Assembly: GCA_965285935.1 (NCBI GenBank)
Contig: OZ260661.1
Location: 100,378,001-100,442,000 of the forward strand
Direction: 5' to 3'
Source of the DNA: Ophelia neglecta
Lineage: Eukaryota
DNA length: 64,000 nt
Made by a program: the position numbers and the translations under genes. This document shows, one piece after another, positions 51,599 through 64,000 of the stretch. Under the pieces are notes generated by a model. That model did not search any database. It had not been told where the DNA came from and was given only the letters and a program-made list of their open reading frames with translations. The stretch's first letter is position 1. Each line of letters opens with the position of its first letter.

Positions 51599-51987
51599 AT
51601 TTGCGGAAGTCAGACACCTTACGTGCACGCAAGCGCAGTGTACTTCCGCGTTCAGCAAACAATATCCGGGAATACTACTCACTCCCCCCCCCCCCACCAC
51701 CACACACATGTACACAAAAAAACATAGGAATAACGTCTTCCGCTCGCTGGGGCTTCTTAGCTATTAGTAATTTTATTATCTTTTTTTAAATAATTCAATT
51801 CTATGCTTCAAAGAATCGCATGATATTAATACAGGCGAATAAGTTAATATGGTTCCGTAAAATTCCGAACTTCTTCGGCTAAAATGCTAGCTTTTAGTCA
51901 CGTGACAGACACACCTCCGAACTCAACGATCAACACACAGTCCAAAGTCCTATTGAAATTTATCGCCCTGAAATACGATAAGCCAGA
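51599..51987. promoter_or_regulatory. Candidate bidirectional promoter ABRAXAS/hexokinase with palindromic E-box GTCACGTGAC (51897-51906)
   Basis: CpG-rich ~400-bp gap between divergent starts; perfect 10-bp CLEAR/USF-type palindrome; second CACGTG at ~52212. Confidence 0.55.
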
Positions 51988-53090
51988 ATGTTATCGGTTC
52001 AACACATGTACTGTCTGCTCAAAGATCGTTTTGTCGGTGATACAACCGTGTTAAATTTGCACAGGGAAGAGCAAGTAAGTACAACTTAAGTGAAACATTG
52101 ACCCAAAGTTTGACATTCGCTTGTTCGAGCCAGACATTTAGGGTCAAGGTCACGCCACTGCACATGTTAACCTGTTAACGTGTAGTTTATATTTTTGTTT
52201 ACTAACACACTCACGTGGCATTTGAATATAAGTATTTACAATTGCTGTCATTGCTTACTATCTGTCAAAACTAAATGACTGCGTCGTTCACCTTTACTGT
52301 TTTTATTCCAAGCTCTACAAGCCAACAGTCTTTTGATCAGTAGGCTCAACAGATTGGGGCAGGAGTGCATTTAAGTTAGAAGTGTATTTGAGAAGAGCAG
52401 TTTTCATTAGTATCTAACTTAGGCTGAAAAAAATGGTTAAAAAGGTAAAACTATGAAAATATAACTGATGAATGTAGTTTTTTACTTTATTCTTTTCACT
52501 CAAGGGGTAAGAGAAAAATTATGTCTCACTCTTGTAATATGAAAATATAAATAATGGCAACCAATACAGATTATCTTAAAAATGACAAATAACTCCCTTC
52601 CTGAAATCTCCTGGTTGACAAGCCATGTAATAACATGACCAAGACGAAAGGAGACAAATTTTTTATTTATGATGAGAAAACTTAAACTGCCACTACCTTT
52701 CACAACGTTTGATTTGCTCCCGTCCATCCCCTTAACTTGCCATGGACTCCGCCTTCCTCCACTCCTACCCCAGCATAACTGACCACTCTCCAAAGCACCA
52801 CCCTTTCTCCCATTTCTTCCTGGCCTCCATCCTCTCACTCAATATGAAATAAATAAAGTATAAAGATGTCCATATAGGGTGTTAAAACTTCATAAAAGAC
52901 CTACATTTCAGCTGATCCAGCCTTTCTCAAGGTACAAAATAGCAGACCTTTGTTGGTTCTTCTAGATTCTGTTTCAAAAATTCGATTTTTGATTCACTTT
53001 TTCTAGCATATATTACCTTTATATCTGTTTTTATGCATTTGTGATACCCTCTAGGTTACGTACTTGTCACATGATATTTCATCATGATGG

Positions 53091-53337
53091 CAGGGCTTTT
53101 TTTTAAAGGAGGGGGAAGGGGCCCATAGGCCATCAGGAGGGGAAAATTGATGCATAAATTATTTCAAAATTGGAATATTACAGAAAATTCAAATTAACTT
53201 AAAATTTCAAACCTCTTTTAAAGAGCATTTTTCTCTGGAGGGGATTTTTTTATTCATAGCTGGGGAAAAATTAAGCTTAGTTTGCGAGGGGAAGATGCCC
53301 GTGAACGGTGTCAGTTTTTTAACGAAAAAAAGCCCTG
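53091..53337. mobile_element. hAT-like MITE with 5-bp TSD
   Basis: gatgg|cagggcttttttt...aaaaaaagccctg|gatgg. Confidence 0.75.
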
Positions 53338-53529
53338 GATGGAGTCCAATAATTGTTTAGTTGTTTCTCATGAGAGGTTCCACTGTAGTATCTGAATGTT
53401 TAGTGTATTAAGGGATGGGTTAAGATAGATACTTATAGCACATTATCATGGTGACATGGCATTTATAACCAAGTGTTCTTCTTTTTACAGCATCAGTGTA
53501 TGTTTAAGAGTTAAGAAGGTACTTCACTG

Positions 53530-53960
53530 AATGTCTGTGCAGGTCATAAAGGACAGTGTAATGTGGTCTATATTAGTAACCAGTCAAATTCACTGGAAGC
53601 CAGTGGAGTTCACAGCAGACTTGTGTAAAATGATCTCGTAGTTCAGTATGACTAACCACTGACAGTCAATTAATAGACTGGTTACTCATACCAAAATACA
53701 GCACCTGCTTCCAACCACCCAATTGACTTAAAACATTTGCTTATGGTGCTTATGGTGATGTCCTTATGTAGCCTGGGCTGCTGCAGCAATATGAACCAAC
53801 CCTGCTCCGCTCTTTTAATCTAAGCCACTATGCTATCAAGAACAAGACTGTGTAGAGCTGGTGAATGCTATTTTAGAATACATGTACACAGTTCTAGGCT
53901 TTGGAATTCCTTACCAGCTCCTGTAAGATCTGCTCAGTCAGTAGGATTGTATCTGCTAGA
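53530..53960. mobile_element. L2/CR1-type LINE 3' remnants
   Basis: Minus strand HFTQVCCELHWLPV (~53591-53632) and plus strand SRLWNSLPAPVRSAQS (~53890-53940), both typical of the C-terminus of L2/CR1 ORF2. Confidence 0.55.
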
Positions 53961-55395
53961 AAAAACACCTGTTTTAGGTTGTTTATACTACCAAATGGTA
54001 CGAAGTTGTCTTTGATAAGCATGATGTTTTGATAAGCATGATGTTTTGTTGCCCAAGTTTTTTATAATAAAGCAACTCACACAGTCTAGGAGCATGCGCA
54101 CTACATGTACAATCACATGTACAATCACATACATATATAATAAGATCCAATATAATCTAGGCAATAACGTCTATGGGGCAATTTTCAGTCATTAAACCTA
54201 ACATTGATCACAATGGATTTTGGCTTGGTAAGGAAGTTTTAGTCTAGTGTAAGTCCCAAAACTATGATTCAGGGGGGCCATGGGGCTTTGCACAGGTCCC
54301 TTTAAAATTGGTTTTTATTGCACATTTTCGAGCTTTTGCTTGTGCGATATCATTTACCATTACTATTGAACCCGTATTATCATAATAACATGTAATAGAG
54401 AAGTCAATAAAATTAAGGCCATGAAATCTGGATAACTTTTTTTTACCCAATGCCAATTTAAATAACTTCATTTAAATTTTGAAAACTTGGTTTATGATAA
54501 CCGCCATCCTGAAAAATCGTTTTTTGGAAAAAATAAATTTTTATACTTACAGCACCTGCTTCCAACCACACAATTGACTTAAAACATTTGCTTATGGTGC
54601 TTATGGTGATGTCCTTATGTAGCCTGGGCTGCTGCAGCAATATGAACCAACCCTGCTCCGCTCTTTTAATCTAAGCCACTATGCTATCAAGAACAAGACT
54701 GTGTAGAGCTGGTGAATGCTATTTTAGAATACATGTACACAGTTCTAGGCTTTGGAATTCCTTACCAGCTCCTGTAAGATCTGCTCAGTCAGTAGGATTG
54801 TATCTGCTAGAAAAATCACCTGTTTTAGGTTGTTTATACTACCAAATGGTACGAAGTTGTCTTTGATAAGCATGATGTTTTGATAAGCATGATGTTTTGT
54901 TGCCCAAGTTTTTTATAATAAAGCAACTCACACAGTCTAGGAGCATGCGCACTACATGTACAATCACATGTACAATCACATACATATATAATAAGATCCA
55001 ATATAATCTAGGCAATAACGTCTATGGGGCAATTTTCAGTCATTAAACCTAACATTGATCACAATGGATTTTGGCTTGGTAAGGAAGTTTTAGTCTAGTG
55101 TAAGTCCCAAAACTATGATTCAGGGGGGCCATGGGGCTTTGCACAGGTCCCTTTAAAATTGGTTTTTATTGCACATTTTCGAGCTTGTGCGATATCATTT
55201 ACCATTACTATTGAACCCGTATTATCATAATAACATGTAATAGAGAAGTCAATAAAATTAAGGCCATGAAATCTGGATAACTTTTTTTTACCCAATGCCA
55301 ATTTAAATAACTTCATTTAAATTTTGAAAACTTGGTTTATGATAACCGCCATCCTGAAAAATCGTTTTTTGGAAAAAATAAATTTTTATACTTAC
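53697..55395. repeat. Near-identical tandem duplication, ~851-bp unit x2
   Basis: ORF 53830 reappears at 54681 and ORF 54262 at 55113 (offset 851). The copies differ by a few substitutions and one 6-bp indel. Confidence 0.95.
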
Positions 55396-56414
55396 CTGCC
55401 GCTCGGAAAACTTGCCCGAGAAAAATGTTAACAAAAATATTTTATTTTATTCATTTTTTTACCCAATGCCAATTAATGGTAGCCAAACAATATGTCAAGG
55501 AATGTTGTCAAAAGACTCTCATTTTGGAAAACATCGGCTAACTTTGCTTGAAACATCCACCAAAACGGCACTTCTGTTTGCAGAAGTACATGTACCATTT
55601 ATAACCCACTCTACTTCGTGGATTCATCTCGACATGTGCACTAAGCAGCTCCCTGAGCGAGGACCATGCGCTCATTAAAGTAATGAGTAATGCGAGTGAC
55701 AGGCATATGTTGATATAACAGTGACAGTACCTATGTCTGTACATGACATTTTACAGTTTCCTTAGATTTGCTAATGGTGAAGGTGCCATTAAAACTTTGT
55801 ACCTAATCGTGAAGTTACTCTTGACTTTTACAAACACTCTTGGCTATTGCAAGCCATTCTATCATGTAATCCACATTTGATGATATCATTAAGTATTTAT
55901 AAGTAACATTCAATGATATGAATATCATCAGATGTCGATTGAATGATGAAATGGCTTACCATGTCTGCCTCGGGTATATCTGATATGTTCATTTACATGC
56001 TATGGGGAACCCTAATGCAGAACAGTGAATTTTTTCATTTCCACTACATCAATAAAAAAATTCAATGTATTCCATTTTTTTCAGCCCAATGTATTCAATT
56101 GCTGGAGAAAAATTCAAATTCCTGTAAATTTTAAAACAACTTTTTTAAAACTTTTCCTGCCTGATGGATTCAAATCCTAACCAAATTAAAATAATTCAAT
56201 TTTTTCCCTGCCTGATGGATTTGAATACTGGAGAAAACACCTGTAAACCCTCAAAAAAAATTCAATTAAAAAAAAAATTCCTGCCTGATAGATGCAGTTG
56301 CTTGAGAAAATTCCTGTAAACCCCCTAAAAAATTCAATTTAAAAAAAATCCTCTCTGATATATGCAGTTGCTGGAGAAAATGTCTGTAAACCAAGTTATC
56401 CAGATTTAATGGCC
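55262..56414. mobile_element. TTAA-targeting (Kolobok-like) non-autonomous DNA transposon
   Basis: TTAA|ggccatgaaatctggataactt...aagttatccagatttaatggcc|taaa; degenerate ~60-bp repeats at ~56100-56390. Confidence 0.7.
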
Positions 56415-59400
56415 TAAAGGCACAAAAAAATACAGATATTGTGTCTGAAAAATACAATATTCACTGTGACTGTAATCAAGATTCAATTATAAAAGTGCCA
56501 GTAGGTTGGTTACAAAGTTCGCATTTCATTATGCAAGGGGACATTATGTCAGATATGTACATGGGTAAAATGAAAGAAATGACAGATGGACAGAGGCTTT
56601 AGATTTACCTATTTTAAATTTGAAAGGGCTAACAAGGAATTTAAAAAATTAATGACAGATGAAAATCTTATTTGAAAATATAAACTACAGGTTATGTTTT
56701 GGTTAACTTGACAGAAATTAATTTCATCTTCAAAAATATGATGGATGTTACATTTTACCTTAATAATAACAGATTTGAGATTCACAGGCCATCCTCTCAA
56801 CAGACTGTGACAGTCGCCACTTTAAATAGTATTCTTGCAAAGGATCCGGGTCTACTTACACATACTGAGTACCAAAATGTTCTTTTTCGGGGAATCCTGG
56901 TGCAATCATGGAATTTGATAGGTCATAGATCTATTTGTTTAAAAATTCTGTTCCATTCAGAGTGTCAGAAAATTAGTTTGTATCATTGAAAGTGACAGAA
57001 AAACCTACCTACTGCATTAAAAGGTAACAGAATGACCACAATGTTTTCAGTTTAGTGAAAGAGGGCCAAGGCTGTTTTTAAAAGATGCATTATAGAGCAA
57101 CATACATGTACTTTGTCACGTGAGAGAAGTACCAACCACTTCACTGTTCTAATAGAGGTGGGTAGCTAGAAGGATGTACATGTAATAATTGATCAATCTA
57201 ACTTTAAAAAAAAGAAGTGTTAGTGGCAGTTTCTTAATTGATAATTGAGCCAGCAGCGGGCCTAATCAGAGGAGCAAATTAGATGTATGCTACTGAAGAA
57301 GGCAGAACTCAGAGAAATGAAGTCAGACCGTATTGTAGTGTAGTAAATTGACATTATTGACTGAGGCATTGAGACATGTCATAGAATGTAAAACTCGGAA
57401 GTATGATAGTAGCTAGACCACATGAGAGACTTGATCAAAGTCATTCGATGTGCCCATTGTTTAATGAAAATTTCTCTATGTATGTGTGAAGTTATGTGTT
57501 TGGTTATTTAGAACTTTTATATTTCACTTTCAGTTTTAAGATTACATTATTTGATGTTTCTTGTTATAACAGATCACTCATTTTGATTATTAGCACTGGT
57601 AATTTACACTTGTTTCATATTTTATCACCATAATTATGTCTGATTGGTTTTGATCTTACAAGGTATTATGTACCCATTAACTTCTTGTGTGTATTTAAGT
57701 GTTTTGTTAATGATGTTTTTTCAATTAAGCAATCTTTTTATTTGTATTCATTCAAGATGAATTGAGACAGTTTCCTTTATGTGAAGCACTTGTAGCACTT
57801 AAGATATCATAATTGATTGATTGATAGATATAGGTAAGGTAGATTGAGTCATTGATTGATATAGTTTATTTGATTGTCTATAAATGTGGTAAAAATGTAC
57901 AACAGATAGTTCTCTTACCACACGCAGGCTTCATATTTACACCACACCAGCATCTTTTTCATGCATACTCTTTCCATTGACAGTTGAAAGCAGGGCCAAA
58001 ATAACTTAATTTAGTTTCGATTTGAATAACTGGGAGACTTGCTGGAACAAAGAAAGCATCAGATTAACACAAAAGAAATTATGCCGCACTTCATATATAA
58101 ATTATTTTTTTTTCCTTTTCTAACCTCCTAGTAGCTCAAAAGGGATTTTTATTTTGCATTTTTATCTGAAAAAGAATTAATGTTGAATTATAAATAAACT
58201 AACATTGGTACTAGATTGAAACATATTTCTTTTGTATTTCCTGTATTGTATGTCAGTCACATCATAGCGGCATGGGATTTCACCCGTGACACTTAGGTAG
58301 TAACTTCTAATTTTTTCAGGCAGTATACATATTTGTATCTGTATATTGTACACTTTGGCAGGGCACATTGTCTTGTTTTGTCTGTATGCATAAATTGCTT
58401 CATTCAGTTTTAGAGTGTTTCCAAGTGGTTGCAAAAGTGAAAGTAACACGCAGTACGTGAGGCTGTTAGTAATATTGTTCTAATTCTAATACTCATTTTA
58501 TCCTGGTGGAAACAAATTCATAAATCATTCATAAGTGCTAGGTTACCACAACAGGATTTCCATATAAATAAGAATTGTCTGTGCCATTACTGTGATTTGA
58601 ACCCTTGACAGCATAGTGGTTAAACTTTCATGATCAATTACATTGACGTGTACAGTAAACACTGGAATTTTAAAGGATCTGAATTGTATGATAAGATTTC
58701 TTACAATTTAACTAAATGTCCCCATCTGTAAAATGCCAATAATCTAAAATACAATAATTAACAGTAACAGTCTTATTCAATTAATGATTTTATGAATACC
58801 GGTAATCAAACTTCCATGGGATAGTTTTGCCTAATTCAACAGCTCACTGCTGTGTTAATACACTATGTTTTGTAGTACATGTAGTTGCTTTCAGAGAACT
58901 CATATCCTTTTCCACTTTACATGCGCACATCCCCGCACCTTAGGTATACATTACATTCTGTTAAGCATAAAAGGACCACCTGCAAGTTATTTGAGTTATT
59001 CGTACTTGTTACACTCCCACAAACCATACTTGAGGAGAGTATATTCCCATACTAGTTTAATTAAAGTGCTATGTGCCCAACAGACAAAGAAACTGATTCT
59101 AGGCAGAAACACCCAATGGGACTTGTTAATCACAAGGTAAGATTAGCAGTCATAAATCAATTTAAAGTCTGTACATATTTTATTTTTTGATGTACACATA
59201 ATTCTGTATTATCATAGTTACCATTTGAATACATCAATACTATGAAGAAGTATTTTTTAAAGAAGTACATGTATTCAGCTTTTTCTATACACTGGTTGTT
59301 TTTTAATCTAATAGCCCATTTTCTTAAAGTAATTTGGTATTAACTGGTCTTAACATTCTGGTCAAGCACAATGCATGTTACTTTATTCTTTTTTATGCAA

Positions 59401-62261
59401 AATTTATAAAACCATTAAAAAGTTGGTACAAATTACCTGACTCTTTAACACTAGTGTTAACACAGACGACAGCATTTAGTATTCATAATTCATATGCCAC
59501 TGGAAAATTACACATTGCCTACATGTATTGCAATTACTATTTTATCAACAACACAGTATTTAAAAAGCTATTCAGGGACAGGCTGTAACTGAATACATTT
59601 GTTAAGCAATGCCATTGCTATACAGGTATGATACAGGTATGATAAGTACATGTACATGTTTGTATACATGTATTAAACTCTTGAGCTTGTGTTAACAAGT
59701 GCACATATTAAAATGAAGTTAACCTTCAGCTGAGAATCACCTTCACTGTTATTGGTTGATGTGAGTTTTTTCAATTTTACCTTGTGACGTCAACAGTACG
59801 CAAGTCTTCTATGTAAGGAGACCCATTCAAACATTATTGTTCTGAACTAGCCTTAAGATGCAGTAGAATGTGCTTATAGAACATGAATACATAGAGGTAA
59901 CAGCTTAGCCGTGGATCTTTGGGAATTTATTGCATCCCACAATTTTTAAAAACAAAAATCCAGTGTTATGGAATGGCATCCATTCCATACTGCTGTGTCT
60001 GAGCCACTGTGGTATCTGCCATTTGGTTTGGATGGTTTAAGGCTATGGAAATTTTATTGACATAATGGCTGAGGCCAAATATTGGTTCTACTACTTCAGT
60101 TGGTAAATGTGAGGATGTCAGCTGGTTAATGTTGTGTTACTCAAAGTTATATAATTAGGAGGCTGAACATTTCGGGGTTGAAAATCCATTCCCAAACTGA
60201 TTTATTTTTGATGGATATCTGATTTTATTTGGCTTCCATAGCAATGCAAACATGCCACAGTATTTGTGTAATTACACATTGTTACTTTTTTATTCAAAAC
60301 TAAAGGATAGAACATGTAATTCATTTTCTTTTTCGTGGCCATTATCACATTTCAAGTGGTGTCAAATTTTATAAAACATTGGTTGGGAAATTAGAATGAC
60401 ATGAAGTTGTTCATAATGATTTGATTAGTTCTGAGAAATATACCAATGTTCAGCTGGAAGGTAAAATAATGCCTATAGCAGTGTACTTGCTCATTAATTT
60501 TTATCATTTTAACAAAGGTGGGGTATGCTCCCAATGGAGTTTCCGATATAGGAAATTCCTTAATAGGTTAAACTTTCTGCACTTTCACTTTTCAGCTTCT
60601 ACAAACTTCTTTTGTCTTTATACTTCTTTAAATAGCCAAAAGCTGTTTTAATGTTGTAAGATTGATCAGCACTATTTTGGTACAAATTAACACACTATTG
60701 AATAAGAAACAAGATGTCTGGGAAATGTGTCATGCAAGCCACAATGCATCCACATAGCCTGAGCTGACATATTGATTGGTGCTGACCTGACAAGTCCTGA
60801 GATTTAAGCTTCCACCTATCAGGATCTGGGACTCTGTTTGAGCCGATGCAATTCTTCTGTCGATTTGCAGCATCCAGAATAATTTATGATTATTACCAAG
60901 TGGACATTTATGTGTACGTGAGTAAGATTTTGCTCAGAGCTCTCATCCAGAATTCAGTTGCTCACAGAGGCAGACTGCTCTCAAGTCATCTTCAGCTGCT
61001 TGGCTCAGCCTTTATTGCTACCCACAGCTGGTAATATATATTTACAAGTTGTGGTCTTATGGCCATCACTCTGCCCCTACCGCAGTAAGATGTACCAAGA
61101 TTTACTAGTACTGGGTGAAGCAAAAAATAGGCACCAGAAATTACAGGTATTTATATACACGTTACTGTGCAGTCCCTTATGACAGAGTCTAATAGGTATA
61201 TGTATTATAATGTACTGGTGTACATAATATATCTTATGTTTCACATCAGGTAGTATCTGCTATTGCCAATGTTGTACCTGTTTCTTGATCAATGTTATGG
61301 ATTGGTCATTAGAATCTTGCTGCAGGTCTACCATTTGCCTTGCCATTGCCAGGGGAACCCCATAATGTGGTCAGTTGGTTCCAAGGCAGAGTGTACACTT
61401 TTTGGCCATTTGAGACCTCAATAAATAAAACCTCCTCCACATTTTTAGGTCCAATACTGGGCGTTCCTGTGGCTGTGGTATGAATTCCATTGAATTCTCT
61501 CCATTTATTTGATGAACTAAGGAATGGTTCTTTCTTAAGACAGCTAATCCACACAGTGTACCATTAATCTCCGCATGTTAGTTGCATTTTGTACATTTTC
61601 ATGGCCATTTCTATGTATCAGATTCACCCTTGAACAAGTTTTTATGCTTTGGGCCAGTAAAACGGCTTCAATACATGTAAATGTACGTGTTTGGCACTTA
61701 GCACATGTTAGGACAATGCCATATTTTTGTTGGATTCTCAAGTTTGTATGCATTTACTATTCACTGCATATATACATGCGCATATTTCTGCCATTTGATC
61801 CTTCTTTTGTGCCATTTTCTTACAGTGAATTCTCAAAACAAGAAAAATTTTCAGAATAATTATCTAAGTCCTTTGGTCCAAGAGTATATACATGTATATT
61901 TGGGTATCATTCCATGTGATTTTGTTACCCTTCGTGGTAGAGATTGATATTCTTCACACAGTCTCCTAGTATTACCAGTGATATACAGGCCTAAGTACAG
62001 CTGTGAACTGCTAAGAAGGGAACCTGATTGTGTGACTTGATCAGGTTTAGCTTTATCTGCTGCAAATCTCGGGACAAATTTGATGGTGCGAATTATGACA
62101 AATATGTAGACATGCTATTTAATACGATAACAATGACAGATATGTAGACACAATACAGTACAAGGTCAACTATGTATACACAAAACAGAAACAATGATTT
62201 ATTAATTAGGCTCAATTCATCCAATGATTCATTTTATGTAAGAAACAATGTATTGTTTCAG

Positions 62262-62424
62262 ATTGAAGAAATAGTTAAGGATTACATCCATGAGGATGAA
62301 GTCTATGAAAGAGTGCAGCATATCCTTGAGGAGGAGCTGGTTAAAGGACTTGGCAAGTCTTCCAATAAAGAGGCAGATATTAAGATGTTTCCTACCTACG
62401 TACGATGCCTACCTGATGGAACCG
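62262..62424 (+). CDS. HK: Hexokinase, conserved 163-nt second exon (gene continues beyond the window; candidate first exons upstream)
   Basis: tttcag|IEEIVKDYIHEDEVYERVQHILEEELVKGLGKSSNKEADIKMFPTYVRCLPDGT G|gtaaat. The KMFPTYVR..PDGTE signature, length and phases match exon 2 of vertebrate HK/GCK as I recall it. Confidence 0.92.
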
Positions 62425-62442
62425 GTAAATTAATTTTAAATA

Positions 62443-62504
62443 AGGCCGCCTACAAAACATGGATTTTTGTATGCACACAAAAATCCATGTTTTGTAGGCG
62501 GCCT
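62443..62504. repeat. Perfect 28-bp-stem palindrome with 6-nt loop
   Basis: aggccgcctacaaaacatggatttttgt-atgcac-acaaaaatccatgttttgtaggcggcct. Confidence 0.95.
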
Positions 62505-64000
62505 GAATTGTTACATAAATGTGGCTTATATGTTTTTTAAATGGGAAATGATTTAAAAACATCATCCCAGCCATTGACTCAGTAATATGCATGGTAAATT
62601 AATTGTGTTGACAAAAGTATCTACATTTACATGTACATGTACAATGCTTTACACAGTCTTTTGTTATATGTGATAATGTACCAAATAACCACATTACTGC
62701 AGTTCATTTTTAAGTTGAATAGTGGTTGACAAAATGCCCAATGTCTGCAGTGTTTCGTTAAATATATATTTAATTGCTTGTAATGTATTTGACCTGCAAT
62801 CCCTCTAACAGCTGACCAAATTAATAACCATGATTAAATTGTACTGGCTTTATCATTATTCAGTCTTTCAAATGACTACTAATTATTTAATGATCTTTTC
62901 AAGGAGGACAGCAATTATGGTGTGGCTAATAAAAAAATAGAATGAATCATTTAAAAAGAGGCTCATGAACACTGAACCAATCCTTACAGTATAACTAGTG
63001 TGTGGTCAAGTGGTCAAGTTTGTGGAGGGCACTAATGTCTTATCCAGTGAGGCAAGGCAGCCCTCCTCTTGTTTAAGGGGATGTTAATACATGTGCTATT
63101 ATTTATCTCTGGTTCATTAGGTTTTTCAGTGGCTGGTTTAGGCCACTGACATTATATCAAATACTAGTTTGTGCTGACAAAATGTCCTTTCCTACATAAA
63201 AATCTATTTTTAGTGAACAAATGGTTTCTTTGGCTGAATAGAGCCCACATTATATCATCATAAAAATCTGTGTTTCATACTTGTACCCTATACATCTTAG
63301 TGTTGACTGACAGGGGTTGCTGGATCTAAGTTTCTCCGGTACCTATTTCCATAAAATGTAACTGTTAAATTGCATTTATTTTGCTGCGAAGGCAGACGTT
63401 ATTTGAGTGGTGGGTACATCTATCAGTTGAAAAAAGGGAAGGAAAAAAGAGCTATAAATGTTAGTTTTTCTATTTTGTTTTTTCAAAGTGATCCTGAAAT
63501 ACCACTGTCATCCTAATTTTGAGTGTTTAATGCTAGGTCAGTATGAAATACTGAAGCATGTGATTGCTCAGAAATCCTGCAAGAAACAACAATAAATAAT
63601 AAGAGCAGAATCCATAATTTAAGCAGTCTGCCATAGATCATCTCTATTCAAAGTGTTCCATAAAATTAGAAGCTATAGAAAAATTATAAAAAAAAAACAA
63701 GCTAACTTTTCTACCAGTGTTCGCTGCCAAAATCCTATGGTGCATCAGTGAACTGACAGATCATATTTGTATAAGCTGTATGAATCATGACCAGTGATAA
63801 CCAATTTCCCAAGATAAAGAATGCAGGCCTGAGAATTTTTCTACAGATTCGAGTTTTCTGCCCCCCTTTTTCAAAGTTTCCCATCCTCATCCCTGAGAAT
63901 GGGGGATTGTCCAATACCTTTAATCATGCAATAATGAATATCTGCCTCTTTCAGTATTGTGTTAATGCAGTTTGCTCAAACCATTGCACCTACATTTTTT

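Overview
Intron-rich, AT-rich animal genomic DNA, probably a marine invertebrate (mollusc/lophotrochozoan-like; inferred, not proven). Exons were assembled by hand from splice sites and protein motifs. Genes alternate strictly in strand: an orphan 3' terminal exon ending in NLS+CaaX (+), SDE2 (-), AUP1 (+), HELQ (-), an unnamed 15-exon gene of about 976 aa (+), ABRAXAS/FAM175 (-) and the 5' part of a hexokinase (+). The window begins with a decayed Ngaro/DIRS tyrosine-recombinase retrotransposon carrying a 47/49-bp satellite. It also holds MITEs, two SINE copies, a MULE-like element and an 851-bp tandem duplication. The most notable item is the unnamed gene between HELQ and ABRAXAS. It appears to join a polynucleotide-kinase P-loop domain and a degenerate HAD phosphatase (T4-Pnkp order) to a CYREN/MRI-like NHEJ adaptor region: a Ku-binding motif RGLPKWM, an MRI-like helix, a Ser-rich repeat tail and an XLF-like C-terminus. 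All family assignments come from recalled motifs, not database searches.
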